Below are positions 39,369 to 50,126 of a stretch of DNA of 64,000 nt, one piece after another. The stretch lies in assembly GCA_013416795.1 (NCBI GenBank), contig RQSC01000026.1, positions 269 through 64,268 on the forward strand. Direction: 5' to 3'. The DNA is from Prasinococcaceae sp. CCMP 1430 (Eukaryota > Plantae > Prasinodermophyta). Below the pieces are notes generated by a model. The model was given only the letters and a program-made list of their open reading frames with translations, did no database searches and was not told the DNA's origin. The position numbers and the translations under genes are program-made. How positions within the stretch are numbered: position 1 is the stretch's first letter; every line of letters starts with the position of its first letter.

Positions 39369-42300
39369 ATGGGGAACGCGAAGGACATGACGAGCGATGA
39401 GGGCGAGACAGAGTTTATCCAGCTGAGCGAGCTTGCGAGCAAAGAGCTGGTCGAGGCTCTGTCCCCGCTCGATGTCAATGGCGACGGCTCGGTGAGCCTC
39501 GGCGAGATGGAGGCCGCGCTCGATGCGTACGAGCGCGCCCAGACCTCGTCGCGGCGGCTCACGCGCGCCGTCGCGGCGCTCGCTGCGCTGCTTGTGATCT
39601 TCGGCATGGTGTCCATGGGGCTGATGTGGGCGGCGATGGAGCTTGCCAAGGACGCGCGCGTCGGCGATGATGGAACCATGCGCGCGGGTGACTACGCGCT
39701 GAAGATGGAGTCGACGTCTATTAGCGTCGGCGCCAACGGCAGCGCCGGCGGGGGTGCAACGGCGGTGCGCGCGAAGCGCCCCGGTGGGACGGCCGTGGCC
39801 ACCCGCACGGCGCCCTCGCGCGCCGTGCCGCTCGAAGGCGGCCTGCCGCAGCTGTTGCACGAGCCGAAGGAGGCGCTCGTGCTCTTCGACAGCATCGACG
39901 TTTCACTCAACGGCACGCTCTTGCGGCTCGAGGTGCTCTCCGTGTCCGACCGGTTCTGGGGCACGCTGGACGGCCAGCCAGCGGGCGCCGCAGACGTGCA
40001 CGCCGCTGCCGCAGCTGCGAAGTTCTTCCCGGGCGAGCTCGGAGCCGTGCGAGGAACGCGCCGGGTGCTGATCGAGACAGGCAGCGCTGCGGTGCCGCTG
40101 GTGCTCGTGCAGGGCACCTTCGACGCGGCACCGGGCGAGGGCTTCGCCGCCGGGAGGCCCTTCGGGCTGATTGCCCTGCTGCTCGAGCCGGCCGAGGCGG
40201 CGCGCGCTCTCGCTGCCTCCCCGGAGGCCGGCGACACGCTCGACGCATCCACGTACTCGCCACCACTCGTGTCGCCGTACGTGCCCACCAGCGTGGATCT
40301 GGTGACGCGTGGCAAGCACGTGGCGGTGCCACCGGAGGGGGGCGCCGCCGCTGCCGCCGTGGAGCGCCACCGCCGCCTGCAGTCCGAGCGCCACCGCCGC
40401 CTGCAGATGGCTGGCGGCACGGACGACCGAGTCGCCAGCGCCGGGGGGCGCGAGCTTGACGGTGTGTCCGAGTGGCTGGAAGGCATCTTTAAGGGCCTCG
40501 TTAACAAGCTGCTCGACGTATTCGTCCCCGACCTAGATGCCCTCAAGGAGACCGCAACGGCCACACTCAAGAGCATGCTCCCTCGTGTGTGCCTGAAGGA
40601 CATGTACTGCGAAAAGGGCGTCGTGGGTAACAACCTCGACGCCGGCGACGAGTCCGTCGCGCAAGAGTACGAGCCGGCCTTCGAGTGCACCCCGGAGCTG
40701 ACAGATGAGGAGGGCCTTTATTGCGAGGAACTCAACGATCCGAACGCGCAGTATTCTCCAAAGCACCAGGAGGAGGGAGCGATCAAAGTCCACAGGTGCG
40801 ACCACGTCGTACTGCCGGAGGATGTGGCCGACAAGTGCCCCGAGCACCAGGCGCTCATGGACGCTTGGGAAGCGGGTGTCAACACTCCCAGCCAGTCCGA
40901 GATCGGCGAGGCGCGCAGGAAGTGCCTGCTGGAGCACGGCAGAACTGATGACAGGGTCTGGGGCAGGTGCCCGCGATCATGCTGCGACTGGCAAGAGGCG
41001 AGTGGGGCGACGTTTCGGCCGCCGCCTCCGCCGTACACGACTCCGCCCCCGCCCTCGCCTCCGCCGCCGCCCATTGGGGTCGCAGATGACGGCCTGCCCT
41101 TCGTGCTCGAGGCCCAGGGCGGGCTGGACACCTCGACGGGCATCATCAACACCTTCGTGCCTATCATGAGGCGCGTCTTGAGTGAGCTTGAGCGGCTCAA
41201 ATCCGTGAAGATAGGCGGGGAGCCTGCGCTGGACGTCTTCATGGCCCGCTGGCCCAAGCTGGCCGAATTCACCGACTACGAGCAGTTCTCGGAGGAGTAT
41301 GAGGTCACGTTCGACCTTGTCGAGGACATCATTCCGTTGTATCTCTGGACAGGCGACACCTACGGAGCAGTTATAATACCGGACGCCCCGGGGATGTCGT
41401 ACGGCGAGGTGTGGCTGACCAACCGTTCGGACATCAACAGCCCGCTCAGGAGCCAGCAGCGGCGCACCAAGCTTTCGTATTGGAGGTCGGACTACATTTA
41501 CGAGAGCGTGAATGGCGAAGCGCGCACGCCGCTGAGCATGTGCGAGGACAGGTACACGACGAGCGAAGACTGGAGAGAGGGTGCGAGTGCGAGCGGATGC
41601 GAAACGCTCAGCCACGCGCAGATGCGTGAGGCGATGCCTGGCTACCCATATCCGTACGGGAGCTACGATGAGGACCCCCTCGTGTCGCGCACGGGCATGG
41701 GCGACGACCAGATCGAGCAGCTGCTCACGCAGCTCGAGGACTTTGCTCAGTTCCAGTCCATGATGAAAAAGACGAGCACGGACACTGCCGGGCGTGGCGT
41801 CACTCGGTACGACCAGTTCTACCGCGACAATTGCATCTACCCCGACCAAGCGGCGCTGCTGCGGTCGACTGACCCCGACGTCGAGAGGATCTTCAGGGCG
41901 TCGCGCTCCGTGGCGTGCGAGCGCCTGCTGAAGGGGGAACTCGACACGATCGAGGTGGCCAGGTGGTACTTCGACGAAGAGGACAACCCCTTCCGCAATG
42001 CCAACCCCCCCTCGATGGATGCGCACCTCGACGACGGACAGTATCAACCTAAGGAGCCGCTCGGGCGGCAGCGAGAGCAGACGGAGGACCAGCAAGGCAA
42101 CGCCTTTCATCCGGACTACTGGACGCCGAGGAACGCCGACAAGGTTGGCAAAGTGTACAAGCATCATGACCGGTTCTGGGCTACGCCTTACGCAGAAAGA
42201 GAGTCGTGGACTGCCGGCGAGCAGGGGGCGCGGTACACAGGCGAGCTCGCGCCCGGCTGTCCCGTTGAGCTGTACCGCATCGAGGGCTGCGTCCCGAAGC

Positions 42301-45300
42301 GCCGATACTCGATCGTCAGTGACATCAAAAAGTCCGATGCGCAGGGATCCGTGCCGGAGGGCCGCTCGAGCTGGCAGGAATGGGCCGAATTCTTCGCCGC
42401 CGACGTGCGCAAGCAGGCACGCATGGCTTATCTCCTCGCGAAAGCCCCCTCCATTTTGGAGAGTTTTCCTCGCGCTCTGCGAAGAGCAGACGGAGGGGGT
42501 GGAGGGCTGCATCGATCCAGCAACGAAGGAGAGCGTGCCGTGCAGCTGGGGGGACGAGGCCGGGTCGGGTGCGTTCACGTGCATCGAGGCCATCCGCGAC
42601 ATCGAGGATCGCATGCCCTGGCCGCTCCTCCTCGATGTGCTCACCCCCGCATACGTGTTCGAGGCTGGCGACAGGAGCATCCTCACGGAGATACCCCTGC
42701 CGAATTTCATCGGGGAGGGCCAAAAGTTCATGGACTTTACCAAGCGATTTACGCCCGAGCAGAAGGACCTGGTGCAGTACAAGTGGTCCGGCGAGTCCCT
42801 GAACACGGTCAAGGGCGTCTCGGGGGTGAAAGAGAGCCTCACGTTCGACGACGCGGTAGCGCTGGAGGAGGGTCGGAGGGTCCCGCTCGCCGACAACTTG
42901 ATGGTCGAGCCCGACTCGAACTTCTGGCGCATCAAGCTCCTGGGCCGCTCGCTCACGTTTGCGCGCCTCGCGGACGAGCCATACCGCGCCAACCCGTCCA
43001 CGATGGTGGCCACGCTCATGCCCACGATGATCAACACGATTCCAAAGCCGTCGGGGCGGTTCACCCAGCCGCTCGCGGACGCGGCCGAGTGGTTCTCCGC
43101 AAGCAACGAGCCCGTCTCCATCGAGGCGGACATCCAAAAGCAGGGCTCCAAGTTTTGCAAGCCCTACCAACTTCTCGGCGGAAGGAGTATTTACGGCGAC
43201 TTTTACATGCACGGGCCTTGGGTCGAGCCAGACCGTCACCACCCCAGGTACAACAGATTTTTCAAGACGTTGTACGAGCGCGGCCGCAACATCGACGGCT
43301 ACTGGGACTTGTGGTCGGAGTACGAGGACAGCCCCGCCGAGGAGGCGAAGCGGCGCGGCATTCCGTGCGAGGGCAGTTGCAAAAAAAATGCTGATTTGTT
43401 TGAGGACGAAGAGGAAAATGACTTGATCCACGGCTCGGCAGCATGGCGAGTCTACGCGCGCGACACGGGCTACTCGGGGTGTACCCCCGTTGACTACGAC
43501 GACATTAAAGACTTGGAAACCCTGGAAGAAAAAGCCAAAGAGGACTTCTGGGCGAGAGCCTTCGACGGGGTGACGACGGGTGCGCTCGCTGTGGTCACCG
43601 GTCCCTTCGGGCCCGCGGCAAAGAAGGCCATAGAGTTGGCGGACCAGGTCGCACAGGCGACTTACGACAATTCGCTCTACTTGAGCGCATTAGGCGATCT
43701 GAGGTACAACTCCACTGCGGAAGAAGCCAAGGTGGGAGCTAACATGGTGGCCCTCTTTACGCCGGCTGGCTGGACGTTCCAGAAGGGCCTCTCCGAGGGC
43801 GCCAAGGGTGAGTGTCTGCACAAGCAGCTGCCGTACTCGAGACACTACCGAGATTGGATACTCCGAGCCGTGGACCCGGAAGAGGGCGCCACCCAGCAGA
43901 GTGTCGGGGACGACCTTTTTTACCCACTCAGCAAAAAGTCGGGCCCCCACGGCGAGAGGGCACAGCCAAAATTCAATCCTGGAACGAAGCACAATGCGGG
44001 GGTGACTATGTTCAAGTGCAACATAGGGTACCTCGAGAGCGTCAGTGGAGGCGACCTGGCCCACCCGCTGAAGTATCTGGTGCATAATTACGGCCACCCC
44101 AACGCCAAGGCAAACAACTTGGGTGAATCGGGCGAAGAGACGACGTGCCACACGCGGATGAGCAACCACGAGGCCACTAGCCAGGGTCTGATCATCTTGA
44201 AGGGATGGGAAGGGCCGTTCGCGGGCTCGGCCCTAACGGGTGCCATGGAAGGGGGGATGGTGCTCAAGGGGGCTCGTAAAGTTGCGCAGTACGCGACAGG
44301 TGCGATCAAGAGGGATGAGCGTCCCCACTTTGAGTGCCTGCACATGTTTAAGGATGCCATCCCCGCCAAAGGACACCCGCACTACAAAAACTGGGACGAG
44401 TGGTCGAGGTTCACGGGCAACACGCGGACCGAGCCCGAGCATCACCTCGACCCCAATGATCACGTGGACCCCGTGATGGGTGCCGGGAAGACGAGGTATC
44501 GCATCCCCCTCAGCGTGACCGCTGACGGCGGCGGCGTCGCGCTGTGGAAGGTCAAGCTGAACGAAAGGGTCACCGTCGACTGGTACGGGAGCCCGGTCGC
44601 GCCTGCCAGGAAGTTCCACCAAGCGCGGCAGGAGCAGCTCCAAAAGCTGTACACCAAATACGGGTGGCCCACCGAGGCGGACGAATGCATCGCGTTTGAG
44701 GATGGCTTCCAGCTGTCGGACCTGCCTGAATTCATTCCGTGCATGGTGAGGACAGTCCTTGCCTTTACGAGGAAGCTGCGGGAGAGGATGATGGAAGGCA
44801 TCATGGACGCGGTCTCTGCCGCGGCGAACGCGCCCATCGAGCCTGGCCAATGGGCCATCGAGGCCCGTGCCGGCGCCCTTTTTATGGAGCTGTGCGAGCA
44901 GTTCGGCTTTGACGCGCTCTGCGCGGCAGCGAGGCTGCTTGGCTCTGGCCTTCTCTCCGTCATCAAGGCCTTCGGCATACGGGCCGATTTCGACGTGTGC
45001 CTGGGCGTGCCCGAGGACGAGGTGGAGATCGACGTATCCAACCTGATGGAAACGCTGTCAGACTGGGTGACCTCGAGCGAGTTCGGCTCTGCGGTGTCCG
45101 AGGCTCTCGAGAATCTGCGCGATTGGGCCACCAGCCGGCGCTCGCTCACCGCGTCGGCCGCCGGCGCGTCGGGTGTCGCGCTCGGGTACGAGGACGACGT
45201 CCACGCGGAGGCCAGGCGACACCTCTCGGAGCACCTGGGGAGTCACCTGCGCCAGCGCGCACTGCTCGAGTACGATGACGGCGCAGGCCTTGTGCAGATC

Positions 45301-48300
45301 AAACGCTTTCCGGTGCGACTCGAGGTGATGTCCGAGTTCGCCATCACCTTCGATAGCCCCTTTCCGGAGGAATACGAGCAGGAGTGGGACGTGCTCCGGG
45401 TCGCCCTCGGGGATGACTTTGCCAGCTCCTTCCCTTTTCAGGCTGAGGGCGGCATGCCCATCGGCACCAGCGGCTTGCTCTCGGTCGCCTACGACGTGGA
45501 GGTCGACATCGAGGTCACGGCGAAGCTCAAGGCGACGTCGGCCATGAAGGGGGACGTGATATCCTTCAAGCTCCGTGACATGTACGTGGAGCTCGATTTG
45601 GCGTCTGGCGATATCAACATCGGCAGCCCCTACATTGACACGAGCAGGGGCTCCTTCTCGGCGGACATCAGCGGCGTCTTTGAGATCATAGCGAGCGCCA
45701 GGGGAGGCGTGAAGGTCTGCGTGCTGAACGACAACTGCATGGGCCCCCGGATGTCATTCTCGGGGCACGCCTCGGCCGGCTTCGACGTGCGCGTCGGCAC
45801 CGACGAAGAGGGCGAGGCGCCGATCGCGCGTCTCTCGCGCAGCTTCGACGGCGACAACGAGTACATCAACGCGGGCATCGGCTGCCACGTGCCTCACAAC
45901 GCCGCCATGGGCTTCTGGGCACAATCGACGGTGGCCGCTGAGCTTGGGCTCACCTTTGAGGTCATGGAGCTGATGATGGCGTGCCCCTCAGACCGCGACG
46001 CCGCCGTGGAGACGACCGGCGTGCCGATTGCGTCCATCGGCCCGGCGCGCCTGTTCAACGTCGACGCGAGCGCGTGTCTCCCCAAGGTTGGCGCGCCCGG
46101 CTTCGTCGGCAAGCGCCTGGGGCTCAAAAAGTACAACCCCGACTTTCCGGTGCTGCCGCTGCGCGGGTCGACGTACGCTGACTGGGGCCTGTCCTTCGAC
46201 ACAGCGGGATGGTCCACGTGCGCGGCGAGCGGGGTGATGAGCGAGGTGCATGACGGCGCCACCGTGGCGATCACCGCCCTCACCCGCAGCGCGTCCGAGT
46301 CCGGCGGGGAGCTCTACAACATCGAAGGCGTGTCGTGCGCGCCCTTCTTCGTTGAAAGGGACGAGTACGCCGAGTACGACTGCATCAACCACGATGTGAG
46401 CAGCTCCCTCGACTCGGCCGGGTGGGCCCAGTGCCCCGACGGTCGCTACTTGAACGGGCTCTACCGCAGCGCATCGAATGGCCTGAACGCCATCGAGGAG
46501 CTTCGATGCTGCGGCCACAAGCACAAGTACTCACGCGGCCTGGGGAGCTGCCAGAACATCGACGTGACCCCGTCCTTCTTCGGAGGCTACAAGGGCTTCA
46601 GTGACGCCGGCACCGTCACTTGCCCTGAGGGGAAGGCCCTCGTGGGCTTCTACCGCGGCTTCGTCTGGTTCGCCCAGCCGGGAACGCTGTCGAACATCGA
46701 GACGCTCCGCTGCTGCAACATCCTGGGGGACGGCGGCGACGAGTTGAAAAAGGTGAACGTCTCTTCGGAGTACTTCTATGCGGACTGGGGGCTTTCGTTC
46801 GACGCGGAGGGCTGGTCTACGTGCGAGGCCGCCGGGATGGATCGGCCGTTGGCTTCGATGGCAATGGCTGGGCTCACACGCAGCGGTGACCCCAATCGCC
46901 TCTTGAATCTCGAGGGGGCGCCGTGCCGTCCGCTGCAGCTGTCCTTCGAGGCTGTCGAGGGCGCCTACGACTGCGTTGAGCTGAACATCGAGCAGTCCTT
47001 CAACGACGCCGGCTGGGCGTTGTGCCCCTACGGCCGCTACATGAGCGGCCTCTACCGCGGCGGTGGCGGCGACACGCTGGACAATTTGGATGCGGTGTCG
47101 TGCTGCGGCGCGACGGACGCGCTCGATCGCGCGTGGGGCGAGTGCGTGGATGTGGACATCTCCGTGACGTTCGACAGCGCGGGCACCGTCGAGTGCCCCT
47201 CCGGCACCGTGCTTACGGGCATGGAGCGCAGCCACGCGGGCAACGGCGGCGACCTGTACCACATCGAGCGGCTGCGCTGCTGTGAAGTTCTCACCCCTGC
47301 GGCCGATCACATCGCCGCCCTGCCGCCGCTCGCTCTCAGCATTCCCAAGCCCAGCGGCTGGGACTTCAGTGGCGAGGGCTGGCAGCGGTGCGAGGTCGAC
47401 GGCGCGGATGTCAACTCGACGGTGATGATGACCGGGCTCTCGAGAGGCGATGGCGATGGCCTCCAGAGCCTCTCGGCGACGTGCGCCCGCTCCTGGGTCG
47501 GATCCGAGTATGAGTGCGTCGAGGTGGACATCGAGCAGTCCTTCAACGACGCCGGCTGGGCGCTGTGCCCCCACGGCCGCTACATGAGCGGCCTCTACCG
47601 CGGTGGCGGCGGCGACACGCTGGACAATTTGGATGCGGTGTCGTGCTGCGGCGCGACGGACGCGCTCGATCGCGCGTGGGGCGAGTGCGTGGATGTGGAC
47701 ATCTCCGTGACGTTCGACAGCGCGGGCACCGTCGAGTGCCCCTCCGGCACCGTGCTTACGGGCATGGAGCGCAGCCACGCGGGCGACGGTGGGCGCCTGA
47801 TCCACATCGAGACGCTCAAGTGCTGCGCCATCGCAAGCGCCGGCGCCCTGTTTGCGCCGCCGTCTCCGCCGTCCCCCCCGCCCCCGCCGAGCCCCCCGCC
47901 CAGTCCCCCGCCACCGGAAGTGGTCCCGGACCTGAACGGAGCACCGTCCTGGACGTGCCCTGCTGGCACCCGCCTCACAGAGATATCGGTCGTCAAGGGC
48001 TGGTACGTCGACGGCTTCACGGAGCTCAAGTGCAGCGACGGCAGTACGTTGCCCACCACGGTGCCCGGCTACATCACGAACCCCCACAAGTCTCCGTGCA
48101 CGATAACCCTCTCGAGCACCACACTCGAGGTGCAGTACCAGCCGCGTGACTGGCCGCGATTCCTGAACCAGGTCGGCACCTGCGTCCAGGAGCGCGGCAG
48201 CTACTACGACTACGGCCCCAAGCGCCTGCTCTCGTGCAGGTCGAGCAACAACCACTTCGTCGGCATCGCCGCCGTCGAGTTGGGCACCCCGAGCACGTGG

Positions 48301-48405
48301 CCCCCGAGCTGGGGCTACCCGTCGTTCCTTCAGGACTTCGTGCTCGTCTGCAAGGACGGCACGCCCGCCACGGTGATCGGCGGCGACGACTACTACTACT
48401 ACTAG
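39369..48405 (+). CDS. Giant protein B (~3010 aa if one +1 frameshift near 42464-42467 is corrected); paralog of A
   Basis: ATG at 39369; EF loop DVNGDGSVSLGE; TM AVAALAALLVIFGMVSMGLMWAAM. The ORFs 38355..43394 and 41998..48405 overlap, and similarity to A continues across the frame change. Nine SFD/G-W-C..LYR..IE..CC repeats, a Pro-rich linker and a C-terminal module follow. Confidence 0.85.
46988..47825 (+). repeat. Near-identical ~300-nt intragenic duplication (period 543 nt) in giant protein B
   Basis: ATCGAGCAGTCCTTCAACGACGCCGGCTGGGCG at 46988 and 47531; the following ~95 codons are almost identical. Confidence 0.95.
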
Positions 48406-48565
48406 TAGTAACTGCTGTCGCAGTCTACGACTACTAAAGGGTGCCCTTCATTTGAATTCAGTACAATACGTACATGTAGTACTACACCTCTTTGCAAATG
48501 CCGAGGCGATGCGCGCGCTGCGTGCGCGCGCGTGGACACAGTCTGTTGATCTCCCTTTCTAGTAG

Positions 48566-49707
48566 CTAGCACGCGAATCGCACCTCCCATACGCCCACCG
48601 CGTCCGCCCATGGGTTTTCCTTGCCCGTGAAGTTTGAGGTGAAGACGAGCCGCACGCGTGACACCGCCAGCTCCAGCCGCGGCGACCATTGCGCGACCGC
48701 CCATTCGTACATGGGATTGGTGCCGCGCTCCGAGGGCAGCAGCTCGAAGTCGGACGACGCGCGCACCCACCGCTCGTCGCCGCTGAGCCCAGGCTCGCCC
48801 AGGCGCCAAGAACCCCTTGCCTCGGAGCCACCCTCCCACCGCAGCAGCTCGTCGATCTCCTCACGCGGCGCCTCGAGGTGGAACATGCGCGCTGCCAGAG
48901 GACCCGCCGGCGGCACGGGGATGCGCACGCTCACGGTGCGCAGGCGCCTGATCCCCGGATGCAGCAGCGCCTGCTTGTCCCCACAGTCGCCGCCAACACC
49001 TCGGTCCCCAGCCAGTTCGTACTCGAGCCACTCACGGCCCTCGCCGCGATGGTACGTACCCGGCGCGCTGATCCACGCCTCGCGGCGCCCCCCGGCCGCA
49101 TCGTCCAGCCAAGGTACGAGTGTCTCCGCCGCGCCGAACGAGTAGGCCGCGCCGGCCTCTGCCACGCTCGAACAGCCGGCGGCGCGCACGCGCCTATGCT
49201 CCACCCGTGGCACCTCGAGCGATCGCGCGACGCGCTCCACGATACCTTGCGGTAGCCCCGTCGCTCTTAGCAGGGCTGCCTCCACCTCGTCGCCCGCGTG
49301 GCCGCCAATGACGACGTACGCGCGCGGGACAGGAAGCGGTCGCACGCACTGCCGGCGCGGTGGCCGCGTGCGCGACGTTCGATTGCGCGCCGCGGGGGCC
49401 CGGGTCAGCCGCTGCGGCAGCGCGTGAGGGCGCGCCACCCGCGCCCGCCTGCGACGGCAGTGCACGCGCAGGTGAGCGCGCGCACGCAGCCCGTGCGCAG
49501 CGGGACACACACCTCTTGCCGCACGGCGATGGAGCGGCCGCTGCCGAGCGTGACATTGACGCGGCCAACGCCCGCCTCCCCTCCCTCGTCCTCGCTGGGC
49601 GCGAGTGCGTCGCACACGTGGTGGTTGTACTTGCCAGTCTTCATCCCCGTCAACACGGCGCGCACCACCTCGCCGGCGATCACCGCCGCGCTGCCTGCGG
49701 CCGCCAT
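48566..49707 (-). CDS. Hypothetical protein, possible galactose-binding-like beta-sandwich C-terminal domain; exons 49707-49513 and 49348-48566
   Basis: GTGTGT donor and GGCAG acceptor join MAAAGS...VRQE|CVRPLPVPRAYVV... in frame; AWISAPG...EWLEYEL...TVSVRIP...RVRLVFTSN...VGVWEVRF resembles galactose-binding-like folds. Confidence 0.6.
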
Positions 49708-50126
49708 CGCGAGCTCCCGCCCAGCGCGGCCCCCGCTCCGAGCGACCCACCGCGCGGACGCGCGCGCCGGACGCCGCCCCCCCCCCCCCCCCCCCCCCCC
49801 TCACAGAGGCCCCCCCCTCCCCCCACCCGCGCGCCCACACGGCGCGCCACGCGCGCGCCTGCCCGATCCGGAACTGCCAGGTACGCCAGCCTCACGATAC
49901 TACATCTCCATGCACGTTATACTGACCCACGGGAGCCTCTTGAAGCGCCCGTGGGTAGACATGATGTAATTTTAAGATGTGTGGATTGGGGCATGCACGC
50001 ACGCGGGTGTTGGCGGGCGTACCGCCGCGGCGGCGCTGCTGCTGCGCCACAGCGCGGGCGGTGGGGTGGGGGGGGACTAGCAAGCTACTGTAGCTAGAGA
50101 ACGCTCGGCTTCGGAAAGCTGCGCCG

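Noticed and set aside
33800-46170. A bona fide aerolysin/ETX-MTX2 pore-forming domain in the giant proteins
   Set aside because: No convincing Ser/Thr-rich aerolysin-type segments were seen by eye; left as an open structural test, not claimed.
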